Source of the DNA: Dehalococcoidia bacterium | Lineage (GTDB): Bacteria > Chloroflexota > Dehalococcoidia > Lucifugimonadales > UBA3495 | Length of the DNA stretch: 64,000 nt | NCBI GenBank assembly: GCA_965219925.1 | Contig: OZ244795.1 | Location: 1,031,395 to 1,095,394 of the forward strand | Direction: 5' to 3' | Shown here: in pieces, positions 19,898 to 27,542 of the stretch | How positions within the stretch are numbered: position 1 is the stretch's first letter | How the letters are laid out: each line of letters begins with the position of its first letter | Program-made: the position numbers and the translations under genes | The notes under the pieces: generated by a model | Seen by the model: only the letters and a program-made list of their open reading frames with translations | Told to the model about the DNA's origin: nothing | Database searches by the model: none

Positions 19898-20736
19898 CCG
19901 ATGACCAGGCCTTCCTCGATTGCGTGCCTCAAGGACTCTGAGGAACCAACGTGATAATAATGAGAAAATGTTGCAATTTCGTACCCATTGAACCAATTGG
20001 ATAACCTGTTATTACTGCGAAATCTATTTTGTACCCACATAGAATACAAGAATCGGCAGGGCAAACGTTTCAGCGTCTGCACCAGTTCAAAGGCTTCCAT
20101 CTCGTCCCATCGGTTGTAATAATCCGTATGTCTCCCCAGATAAGGCGGGTCGGCGTATATGGAATCGCTATCATTTGCGTTGGCTAATACATCGCGCCAA
20201 TCAGATACGATGAACTCCCAGTCTCCGGCACTAATCGATTCGATAGTCCACTGGACCTGATTGCAAATTTTTGTGACGTACGCCGGCCGAAAGCGTTCGG
20301 GTTTACGGCAGAATGGGGTGTTGAACTTGCCTTGTTTGTTGAATCGTATCAAACCGTTGAAACAAGCACGATTAAGGAACAGGAAATCCAAGGGGTCCGC
20401 CGTGTCATTAAAACGGTCACGGATGTAATAATATCGGGCATCCCCTTCCGACAACAAACGTGCCCCCTCATGCTGCAGGTACGTCCGCACACCAGCGGCG
20501 GTAATGCGCTCGCTTTGCAAAGATTTATAGAAATTAATGATGTGGTAGCACGAATCTGAAACCAGCGCTCTGGGCGGTCTTATGTTCAACAACACCGCTC
20601 CTGACCCCAGGAATGGCTCTATCCAACGCCCTTGCCAATCCCAATCGATATGGCTCCCGATGAATGGCACTAACTTAGTTTTTATGCCCTGTATTTTTAT
20701 GGGCGGGGCTTTGGGTTTATTAGCGTAATCGAACAT
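19894..20736 (-). CDS. Dam-like N6-adenine DNA methyltransferase, M.EcoRV family
   Basis: PPIKIQGIKTKLVP, EPFLGSGAV (SAM binding), LDFLFLNRACFNGLIRFN, ADPPYLGRHTDY (motif IV). Confidence 0.85.
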   Translation of the reverse strand: MFDYANKPKAPPIKIQGIKTKLVPFIGSHIDWDWQGRWIEPFLGSGAVLLNIRPPRALVSDSCYHIINFYKSLQSERITAAGVRTYLQHEGARLLSEGDARYYYIRDRFNDTADPLDFLFLNRACFNGLIRFNKQGKFNTPFCRKPERFRPAYVTKICNQVQWTIESISAGDWEFIVSDWRDVLANANDSDSIYADPPYLGRHTDYYNRWDEMEAFELVQTLKRLPCRFLYSMWVQNRFRSNNRLSNWFNGYEIATFSHYYHVGSSESLRHAIEEGLVIG

Positions 20737-20845
20737 TCTCGTTTCTTGTCAGAATCTTTGATCGAATAGAACAGAGTTCCCTTTACGCCAGCATTATTAT
20801 AATGAGGTATGGTGATATGGAACAGTACAGAATGTCACTTTTTCA

Positions 20846-21064
20846 CTCCTCGCAATGAGGCGGCGCTGCTTGCGTGGTTTCACACCGCGCGCTAAAACCC
20901 GCAACAATCTTCCCAGCCCAAATCGTCGTGCCAATCCCGCTCCCTCCCCAATCCTGTTCGTCCAGGTTGGATTCGGCCCCCTCTTCCTCAATGGGAGAGG
21001 GCAGGGTGAGAGTAAAAACCCAGCACCAACCCATCCCCCCGCTCATCCTGAGCTTGTCGAATGG
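20846..21064. repeat. intergenic repeat cluster: B right arm (20846-20858), A (20978-21012), C (21041-21064)
   Basis: CTCCTCGCAATGA; CCCTCTTCC-TCAAT-GGGAGAGGGCAGGGTGAGAG; GCTCATCCTGAGCTTGTCGAATGG. Confidence 0.8.
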
Positions 21065-21127
21065 CCCCCTGTAACGGTGAGGAACGCTGCGGTTGACATC
21101 CCCGGCGTTTCCGGGCATGTTGGCCCC

Positions 21128-22366
21128 ATGCGTGCGTTGCTGGCGGGTACTTCCGGGGTGGACAAGGGCGTTGTCATCGCCAACCTGATCGCCAGGCTGG
21201 CCGCCCACGGCGATATCCCCCGCGACATAGGCGGCGCAATCTCCGACGCCAATCCGCGCCATGTGCTGGTGGCCAACGTCGAAGACATCATGGCCGAGCA
21301 GGGCGACGATCTGGCCAGCGCCCTGTCATCCTTCCGTCCCCGCTACCAACTGGCGGCCTGGCAGGGGGCTGGCCTGCGTATCTCCCAACAGCTGGAGTCA
21401 GCCGACCCTCACCACTGCCTCATTGCCGCCCACCTCACCTACTACACCAGCGGCCGGCAGTTTTCGCTCATCGACGTTCCCACCATCCGCCGCTGGCGAC
21501 CCGACTGCATCATCACGCTGGTGGACGACATGCTGGACATCCACGCCGCAATGCAGCGCCGCGACGCCGACCAGCACACCAACTTCCGCCTCCGTCTTCG
21601 CGAGATCCTCGCCTGGCGCTCCGCCGAAATCGCCATGGCCGATCTCCTTGCCCGCAACCTCTACGAAATGCGGACGATCCCCCACTACGTGGTGGGGGTC
21701 AAGCATCCCTCCGAAATGCTCTACCGGCTCATCTTCCGCCGGCGTCAGTATCCCCTGGTGTATTCCAGCTTTCCCATCACCGCCGTCCGTGATGATCCGG
21801 ACCTGCGGAGCAGGATCGACGACATACGCAACGAGCTGCACCGCCGTTTCATCGTTTTCGACCCCCTGACTCTCGACGAAGGAACGCCCCAGGTGTTCGC
21901 CAGGGCCCAGGCCGCAGTGTCCGACGCAGTCCCCGAGATAACCGTTTGCGAGCACGAAGCGCGCTGGCCGATGGAGATAGCCGGCACGCTCAGCGACGGA
22001 CGCCCTCCTGCTTACCCAATGACCCTCGACCCGCAGGAGGCTCTGGAAGTTTGGGACGATCTGGAGAACCAGATTCGTCATCGCGACCTCACCATGGTTG
22101 AGCAGGCCCAGTGCATCGCCGCCTACCGCATCACTATGGGCGGTCGGCTGTCCACCGGCATGTACTCTGAGTTGATGTATGCCACGCACACCGCCGAGCC
22201 GGCCCGTCCCGTGTTGATGTATGCCGACCCGTCGGATAACGGCCTTGACCATCCCTTCCTGCGCAACTTCAATCACCGTACTTTCCACTCCCTCGACGAC
22301 TGGTACGATGCCGTCAGCCGCATCGGCCCCGCCCCCGACCCCGAAGCCCAGCAACCGCTGTTCTAA
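21128..22366 (+). CDS. hypothetical two-domain protein (degenerate P-loop-like N-terminus; C-terminal nucleoside 2-deoxyribosyltransferase-like pattern)
   Basis: The part of ORF 20855..22366 upstream of 21128 only translates repeat elements. Start placed at MRALLAGTSGVDKG. The C-terminal RDLTMVEQAQCIAAY...STGMYSELMYA...PVLMY resembles the NDT/SLOG-like pattern. No database check was possible. Confidence 0.5.
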   Translation: MRALLAGTSGVDKGVVIANLIARLAAHGDIPRDIGGAISDANPRHVLVANVEDIMAEQGDDLASALSSFRPRYQLAAWQGAGLRISQQLESADPHHCLIAAHLTYYTSGRQFSLIDVPTIRRWRPDCIITLVDDMLDIHAAMQRRDADQHTNFRLRLREILAWRSAEIAMADLLARNLYEMRTIPHYVVGVKHPSEMLYRLIFRRRQYPLVYSSFPITAVRDDPDLRSRIDDIRNELHRRFIVFDPLTLDEGTPQVFARAQAAVSDAVPEITVCEHEARWPMEIAGTLSDGRPPAYPMTLDPQEALEVWDDLENQIRHRDLTMVEQAQCIAAYRITMGGRLSTGMYSELMYATHTAEPARPVLMYADPSDNGLDHPFLRNFNHRTFHSLDDWYDAVSRIGPAPDPEAQQPLF

Positions 22367-22397
22367 TACCATCTCGGAAGCGGAAAACCCCGCCCCC

Positions 22398-22644
22398 GCG
22401 CATCCTGAGCCCGTCGAAAGGCCCCCTCTCCCATCGAAGGGTTGGGGTGAGGGTGAGAATACCCCCTGTCATTCTGTCATTGCGAGCGTAGCGTGGCAAT
22501 CTCGTTGAGGTAGAACACACGTCGGCAAACCACCAGTGCCACGGCGACGAGATTGCCACGCTGCGCTCGCAATGACAGGTCGGGGTGGGTGGGCGCCCTT
22601 CGCAAGGATAGTCGGCTGGTTTGGTTTGACAAAGTGGGTACGCA
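22398..22644. repeat. intergenic repeat cluster: C (22398-22421), A (22424-22457), B inverted (22476-22576), D (22620-22644)
   Basis: GCGCATCCTGAGCCCGTCGAAAGG; CCCTCTCCC...GGGTTGGGGTGAGGGTGAG; GTCATTGCGAGCGTAGCGTGGCAATCTCG...CGAGATTGCCACGCTGCGCTCGCAATGAC; GTTTGGTTTGACAAAGTGGGTACGC. Confidence 0.85.
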
Positions 22645-22661
22645 TGAGGCCGTCGCCCGTG

Positions 22662-22691
22662 TTGACGCCGGCCCCCGATGTTGCGTAAAAT
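22662..22691 (+). promoter_or_regulatory. sigma70-like promoter candidate for the iscA-ygfZ-like operon
   Basis: TTGACG (22662-22667), 18-nt spacer, TAAAAT (22686-22691), about 40 nt upstream of the ATG at 22731. Confidence 0.4.
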
Positions 22692-22730
22692 TGCACCATC
22701 AACAACTTCCCGTCAGGGGGTGACCAATTT

Positions 22731-23087
22731 ATGCCTATTACACAGAACGGCGTCGAGCTCTCCGTTGAGATTTCGGAAAAGGCCGCCGAGAAAATCAAGT
22801 ATTTCGCCGACAAAGAAGGGATCATGGGTAACGTGGGCCTGCGGGTGGCGGTAAAAGGTGGCGGCTGCTCCGGTCTCACCTACGACCTTACCATCACCGA
22901 CCAGGAGCGCGAATCCGACAAAATCGTTGAACAGTACGGTGTCAAGGTCATGGTGGACAAAAAGTCCTACATCTACCTTGTTGGCACCCAGCTCGACTTT
23001 TCCGACGGGCTGAACGGCAAGGGCTTCGTGTTCGAAAATCCCAACGCCAAAAAGGCTTGTGGCTGCGGCACCTCCTTCGCCGTCTAG
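22731..23087 (+). CDS. HesB/IscA-family A-type iron-sulfur cluster carrier
   Basis: 118 aa. GGGCSG ... C-terminal CGCGTSF motif. Confidence 0.9.
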   Translation: MPITQNGVELSVEISEKAAEKIKYFADKEGIMGNVGLRVAVKGGGCSGLTYDLTITDQERESDKIVEQYGVKVMVDKKSYIYLVGTQLDFSDGLNGKGFVFENPNAKKACGCGTSFAV

Positions 23088-23114
23088 TTGCATTGAAATC
23101 GAGGGGGTAAGCGA

Positions 23115-23150
23115 CCCTCACCCCCGGCCCCTCTCCCACCGGGAGAGGGG
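23115..23150. repeat. family A hairpin repeat, inverted orientation
   Basis: CCCTCACCCCCGG-CCCCTCTCCC-ACC-GGGAGAGGGG. Confidence 0.8.
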
Positions 23151-23172
23151 TTTTACGTTTCGGAGGTTGGAG

Positions 23173-24207
23173 ATGACCGCTTTTGCCACTGATTCACACA
23201 CCGCCGCCGAGTTCCAGGCCGCCACCGAGCGGGCCGCCGTGTACCCTGACGACGCTGGCATCCTGCTCCTCACCGGCGAGGACGCCCGCGACCTGCTCAA
23301 CCGCCTCTCCACCAACCTGATCGATCCGGACGCGCCCGCCGGCGAGGTCGTCGTGACCGTGCTCACCAGCGACCGCGGCCGCATCGTCGACCTGGTATGC
23401 GTCATCCACTGCGGAGACCACCAGATCATGCTCACCAGCCCGGGCCAGCAGCAGAACGTCATCGACTTTCTGGACAAGTACACCATCATGGAAGACCTGG
23501 AGGTTGAGGACATCACCGACCAAACCTCCCTGCTGAGGCTGACCGGACCGGACGCCGCCGGCATTTTGGGCCGGGTACCGCACGATGATGCCCTGATAGT
23601 AGAGCCTCCGACCGACCTCGACGATCCGGAACGCCTGCCCACCCGTTACCTGCTATCCGACGACCCTGACGCCGCCGCGCGCATCTCCGCCGCCCTGGAA
23701 TCAGCGGGCGCGGTGAGCATCAGCGCGGAGACCGCCGAGGCCCTGCGCATCGCCCAGCGCCGGCCGGCGTACGGCGCCGAGATGAGCGATACCTACAACC
23801 CGTTGGAGGCCGGCCTGATCGGCGCCATCGACTTCCACAAGGGTTGCTACATCGGCCAGGAGGTTATCGCCCGGCTGGACACCTACGAAAAGGTGCAGAA
23901 ATACCTGGTCGCCCTGCACTTTCAAACCGATCACGACGGTGTTGACAATCTCGCGGAGACGCTGCCCGACTCCCGGTTGGTTGACGCGGATGGAAAGGCT
24001 ATGGGGATCGTTACATCGGCAGCCGTCGTACCCATAGCGGACGGCGCCGGCGTCATCGGCCTCGGTTACGTCCGCACCGCCGCCGCCAAAATAGGCAACG
24101 CGCTCGGCGTCACCACGCCCGACGGCGAGGCCATCAGCGGCCTAACGGCTCACATTACGGCGCAACCCCAGCTGTTCGGCGGTGAGCAACCACCCCTCAG
24201 CGCCTGA
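23173..24207 (+). CDS. YgfZ/GcvT-like folate-binding protein
   Basis: KGCYIGQEVIARLDTYEKVQK signature (K-G-C-Y-x-G-Q-E). GGAGG RBS before the MTAFATD start. The ORF-track N-terminal extension translates a repeat. Confidence 0.75.
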   Translation: MTAFATDSHTAAEFQAATERAAVYPDDAGILLLTGEDARDLLNRLSTNLIDPDAPAGEVVVTVLTSDRGRIVDLVCVIHCGDHQIMLTSPGQQQNVIDFLDKYTIMEDLEVEDITDQTSLLRLTGPDAAGILGRVPHDDALIVEPPTDLDDPERLPTRYLLSDDPDAAARISAALESAGAVSISAETAEALRIAQRRPAYGAEMSDTYNPLEAGLIGAIDFHKGCYIGQEVIARLDTYEKVQKYLVALHFQTDHDGVDNLAETLPDSRLVDADGKAMGIVTSAAVVPIADGAGVIGLGYVRTAAAKIGNALGVTTPDGEAISGLTAHITAQPQLFGGEQPPLSA

Positions 24208-24510
24208 CCTGCACACTGCTCCGCAGCCGGGTCCGCCACCCGCTAATGCACGGCATCCCGCGGACCACATCCTCAGGTAGCTGGCCCGCCCATCCATCAC
24301 GCCAACGCTGATCGACCCCGTACCGGCGCTCCAACGGCACCGTAGACTTCCGACGAGGTCTTTGAGGGGATGCTGTTCGATTCTTGCCAGCAGTCTGACC
24401 TTCGGGTTATCATTGATAAGCTGAAACAAGCCAGAGAAACAGATGATCTAACAGCAGGAATTGCACTAGAGGAGACATGGAGATGGCTCTGCTCGACTGC
24501 GGCGGAAGAC

Positions 24511-24530
24511 AGGCTACACAGGTGTAGCCT
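24511..24530. promoter_or_regulatory. 20-bp near-perfect palindrome abutting a start codon
   Basis: AGGCTACAC-AG-GTGTAGCCT, immediately followed by the ATG at 24531. Confidence 0.4.
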
Positions 24531-25007
24531 ATGAATTGGTCGAGCCTCAGTGAATTGGGTGACTTGGCAAGCCTCGCAGGGGTTGCAGTCGCTTTTGTGG
24601 GCTTGGTTGTGGTGGGATACCAAGCCAGGGGCGCAAAGCGGGCGGCCGAGCAGACGAGGAAGGCGGTAGCCGACGTTCTCACATTTGGGAGCGGCAACCG
24701 GTCTACAACGCTGATCCAAGAGATCAAATACGTTCTCCAAAAAGGCCAATGGGAGGTCGGCTATCATCAGTGCCACACCCTTAGAGCATTGATAGGTGAT
24801 CTCAAAATTACCGGTCCGTCAACGCAGCACATCCAATTGATTGATGAGGCTATGGTTAGTCTGACGGATATCGAGAATGACCTTGACGCCGCAATAAGAA
24901 AGGAGCGGGAGCCCAGAGGCACGGATTGCTTCAACGCGTCTTTGAGTATTATACAGGCCACTCTGGAAGACATTGTGAGCGAGGCCGCGGCGGGCCGAGG
25001 AGGATAG
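24531..25007 (+). CDS. hypothetical membrane-anchored helical protein (cassette gene 1)
   Basis: 158 aa. One N-terminal TM (LASLAGVAVAFVGLVVVGY). AT-richer than the host. Confidence 0.55.
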   Translation: MNWSSLSELGDLASLAGVAVAFVGLVVVGYQARGAKRAAEQTRKAVADVLTFGSGNRSTTLIQEIKYVLQKGQWEVGYHQCHTLRALIGDLKITGPSTQHIQLIDEAMVSLTDIENDLDAAIRKEREPRGTDCFNASLSIIQATLEDIVSEAAAGRGG

Positions 25008-25008
25008 C

Positions 25009-25344
25009 ATGAGTGAGAATCAGCCGGTCCAGTTGGGTGAAATCGTCAGCGCTCTCTTGGTGCGGACACGCGCGGGCAGAGTGGAATGGGTGTGGCATGA
25101 TAATTCGGCGAGCGCCATCGCGACGCTAGAAAACGGTCGCGTTATTCTCAGCAAGGACCGCGATTTCGACACCGAGGTGAGAATCCAAGATGTGGATTCG
25201 ACCAATCTAGAGGACATAAACGTTGGTTACGCCAAATATAGGTATTTGAAGGAGCAAGTAGACCAACTCTACGAGATGGCGCGCCGCTCAGCATTGAAGA
25301 TAGATTCCAAACTAGAGTCCATATTTCGTGAGATCTCCTCCTGA
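25009..25344 (+). CDS. hypothetical protein (cassette gene 2)
   Basis: 111 aa. The ATG lies 1 nt after the gene-1 stop (TAGCATG). AT-richer than the host. Confidence 0.55.
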   Translation: MSENQPVQLGEIVSALLVRTRAGRVEWVWHDNSASAIATLENGRVILSKDRDFDTEVRIQDVDSTNLEDINVGYAKYRYLKEQVDQLYEMARRSALKIDSKLESIFREISS

Positions 25345-25767
25345 CCACCGTCACGGTAGGCATGGCCGAATGAAAAATAGTGAATGAGCCAGGTGGCTCT
25401 CCCGCGTCAGCTATGGTCCTGAGCGACCTATGGCAGGGACTTGGGCAGTCCACGGAGGAACCTCCAGCCTTCTGGGATGGAGGTTCTAGGGGTCTATTCG
25501 GCGTAGGCTGTCGGCTCTTTATATTTGGAACTCCCAGCGAAAAGTTCGCAATTCAGTCCCTTCAGGCCCACCATTTCTACGAATTCAGATGCGTTCGCGC
25601 CGCCGTTACGGTTATCGCTGGCGCTGCCAGCCGTATTTAGAAAGTCCGTACCGAATCGCCAACTGATGGGCGACCGGCTCAGTTGATTGGAGTGCTTTCC
25701 AGACAAGCACGTTGCGCCTGTCAGCTTGTCCGTGCTACCATCCCCGTGTACCTGCTAGGTTCCCCGT

Positions 25768-25844
25768 GGGCGGTTAGCTCAGTTGGTTAGAGTACTTGCT
25801 CGACACGCAAGAGGTCAGTGGTTCGAGTCCACTACCGCCCACCA
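25768..25844 (+). tRNA. tRNA-Val (anticodon GAC), CCA encoded
   Basis: Manual cloverleaf: acceptor GGGCGGT/ACCGCCC, D arm GCTC-AGTTGGTTA-GAGT, anticodon stem CTTGC/GCAAG with loop TCGACAC, variable AGGTC, T arm AGTGG-TTCGAGT-CCACT, then A-CCA. Confidence 0.85.
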
Positions 25845-25845
25845 T
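25800..25845 (+). repeat. attL core (46-bp direct repeat, 3' part of tRNA-Val)
   Basis: Identical to 58326-58371. Confidence 0.9.
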
Positions 25846-25862
25846 TGCCCAAAGTTGCCCTT

Positions 25863-26240
25863 ATGGTATTATCAACCGAACATCCGCTCCGAAAGGCCAT
25901 GGCCCAGGCGCGCGACGCCGGCATGGGAAAGGCGGATCTGATCAGCATGGTGACGGACGTTTACAACGCCCCCCAGGTCAACAACGCCGAGCCCGCGCCG
26001 GCCGCCGAGGTCATCTACGATGAGCTGCCCGACGGGCTGATTGACCTGCCCAGCGCGGCCAAGAAATACGGCTGCACTGTCGGCAGACTTCGGAATTGGG
26101 TTTACCGTGGCAAAATCAACCAGCGCGGAAAACTCAAGGCTTCGGCTCCAGGCGGTGGGCTTTTGCTAGTCAGCCAGTCCGAAGTTGAACGCGCGTTGGC
26201 GGCTCCGCGACCAAAAGGCGGGAGACCTCGTAAAACCTGA
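25863..26240 (+). CDS. HTH DNA-binding protein, excisionase-like
   Basis: AAKKYGCTVGRLRNWVYRGKI resembles the HTH_17/excisionase motif. First gene inside attL. The ORF-track start overlaps the tRNA and was rejected. Confidence 0.55.
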   Translation: MVLSTEHPLRKAMAQARDAGMGKADLISMVTDVYNAPQVNNAEPAPAAEVIYDELPDGLIDLPSAAKKYGCTVGRLRNWVYRGKINQRGKLKASAPGGGLLLVSQSEVERALAAPRPKGGRPRKT

Positions 26241-26248
26241 TGTAACTG

Positions 26249-26277
26249 TTGACATACTGATAAAACTGGCCTACCAT
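26249..26277 (+). promoter_or_regulatory. sigma70-like early promoter candidate
   Basis: TTGACA (26249-26254), 17-nt spacer, TACCAT (26272-26277). Confidence 0.35.
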
Positions 26278-26309
26278 CCCCCCTGAAGTACGAACTCAGG
26301 GGGGTTTTT
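26278..26309 (+). terminator. rho-independent terminator-like hairpin
   Basis: CCCCCCTGA-AGTACGAAC-TCAGGGGGG followed by TTTTT, immediately before the ATG at 26310. Confidence 0.55.
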
Positions 26310-26570
26310 ATGGCCTGCGGCACAGTCATCACCGTCTCCCACGGGGACGAAGAACTCACATTTCATAGCCCTGACCAAGCGAAGACCATCGCCGAAGCGC
26401 TGCTCGACGAGCTCGCTCCTGGCACAGTCGTACGCATTTTCGTGCGGCACGCCGATGGCGGGTCGTGGAGCCAGGACACCCATCTTGAGAACGGGGTAGT
26501 CCACTCCACATTCGATTTCACCAACGCTAATGTGGAAAACCTCATCGAAGCCGCCGGATTGGGGGGCTGA
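26310..26570 (+). CDS. hypothetical phage early protein
   Basis: 86-aa ORF. Confidence 0.5.
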   Translation: MACGTVITVSHGDEELTFHSPDQAKTIAEALLDELAPGTVVRIFVRHADGGSWSQDTHLENGVVHSTFDFTNANVENLIEAAGLGG

Positions 26571-26571
26571 C

Positions 26572-26763
26572 ATGACCACTACGACGAGAGGTGAGGGCTG
26601 CATCGGCATCCAGGCCGCGCCGGTGGACGTGCGCCATCTCCTGGCGCCCTGCCCCGGCAAGGCTAACCACGAATGCTGCGGCTACCGCTTCTGCAACGAG
26701 CACTACCGCCAGCACAAGGCCGGCATCCATCCGGCCAAATGGAAGCACGGGAGGGCGGCATGA
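26572..26763 (+). CDS. small Cys/His-rich phage protein
   Basis: MTTTTRGEGC...CPGKANHECCGYRFCNEHYRQHK. Start 1 nt after the previous stop. Confidence 0.45.
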   Translation: MTTTTRGEGCIGIQAAPVDVRHLLAPCPGKANHECCGYRFCNEHYRQHKAGIHPAKWKHGRAA

Positions 26764-26906
26764 TCTGCGCTCACCTGGGACGTAACGGCCACTGGCATGT
26801 GGTGGTGGCCGGGATGCACGAAGGCCTACCACTTCACCGGGTTTGTGGCGGATGTCGGCTGATCATCTGCTCGAACCATCCCGATTGCGAGCCTGAGGGC
26901 GAATGA
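26760..26906 (+). CDS. small Cys-rich phage protein
   Basis: MICAHLGRNGHWH...CGGCRLIICSNHPDC. ATGA overlap with the previous gene. Confidence 0.4.
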   Translation: MICAHLGRNGHWHVVVAGMHEGLPLHRVCGGCRLIICSNHPDCEPEGE

Positions 26907-27070
26907 TGAGCACCAAGCAAGTCCCCAAGGTGTTGGGCAAGAACGCCCGGTATGGCGACCCCTGCCGCGGCTGTAAAGAGTGGACCTACGCCCAGACCCG
27001 TCGCCAATGGCAGCGAGCCATCAAACAACCCTGCCCCCATTGCGGCATGCCACAGTGGTGCACGGAATGA
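26903..27070 (+). CDS. small zinc-ribbon-like phage protein (55 aa, below ORF-track cutoff)
   Basis: MMSTKQVPKVLGKNARYGDPCRGCKEWTY...PCPHCGMPQWCTE (CxxC...CxxC). ATGA overlap at both ends. Confidence 0.4.
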   Translation: MMSTKQVPKVLGKNARYGDPCRGCKEWTYAQTRRQWQRAIKQPCPHCGMPQWCTE

Positions 27071-27318
27071 TGGCCCGGCTCGAAATCAACGCCAAGGTGA
27101 AGAAGGTGACCGAAAAGATCACCCGCGTGGGGGACAACGGCGAAGTCGACGCCGTCTGCGAAATCACCTTCACGATGTCGCTGAGCCGGCGGGACTACCT
27201 CCGGCTGGCCAGGGCCGAGTTGAGGGGTGATGATCTGCTGCTTGCTCTGGACGTCGCCAACTTCCAGATGAGCCTGGACGACATGTGGGAAAAGGGTTCC
27301 ACCCAGGAGGGGACGTGA
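27067..27318 (+). CDS. hypothetical phage protein
   Basis: 83 aa starting at MMARLEINAK. Confidence 0.5.
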   Translation: MMARLEINAKVKKVTEKITRVGDNGEVDAVCEITFTMSLSRRDYLRLARAELRGDDLLLALDVANFQMSLDDMWEKGSTQEGT

Positions 27319-27542
27319 TTTACCTGAAGTGCGACCCTCCTTGCGGGCCAGACCCCTGCACCAGGCGCGGCGGCAAGATCAGGTGCCGCCTGGACCACCA
27401 TCTGGAGACGGAATTACTGGAGCTGGGCTGGAAGCCGGAATATCTGTTGGATCAACACGGCAACATATTCACGCGATGGCATCCGCCGGTGGGCGTTGTC
27501 CGACTCCGGCCGGACTTGGGCCCGCCGATGCTGGACGTATGA
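27315..27542 (+). CDS. hypothetical phage protein
   Basis: GTG start preceded by AGGAGGGGAC. GTGA overlap with the previous stop. Confidence 0.4.
   Translation: MIYLKCDPPCGPDPCTRRGGKIRCRLDHHLETELLELGWKPEYLLDQHGNIFTRWHPPVGVVRLRPDLGPPMLDV

Noticed and set aside
21398-22372. 324-aa minus-strand ORF
   Set aside because: It is antisense to the 21128..22366 gene, and its composition is typical of a shadow frame.
25818-25862. ORF-track start of the first prophage gene at 25818
   Set aside because: That start lies inside the tRNA-Val gene. The internal ATG at 25863 was used instead.
26249-26309. Promoter plus immediate terminator as a tiny sRNA gene
   Set aside because: The predicted start site from the TACCAT -10 element would fall inside the left arm of the hairpin. 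The hairpin would therefore not form in that transcript. More likely a terminator for the upstream gene overlaps a promoter for the downstream genes.
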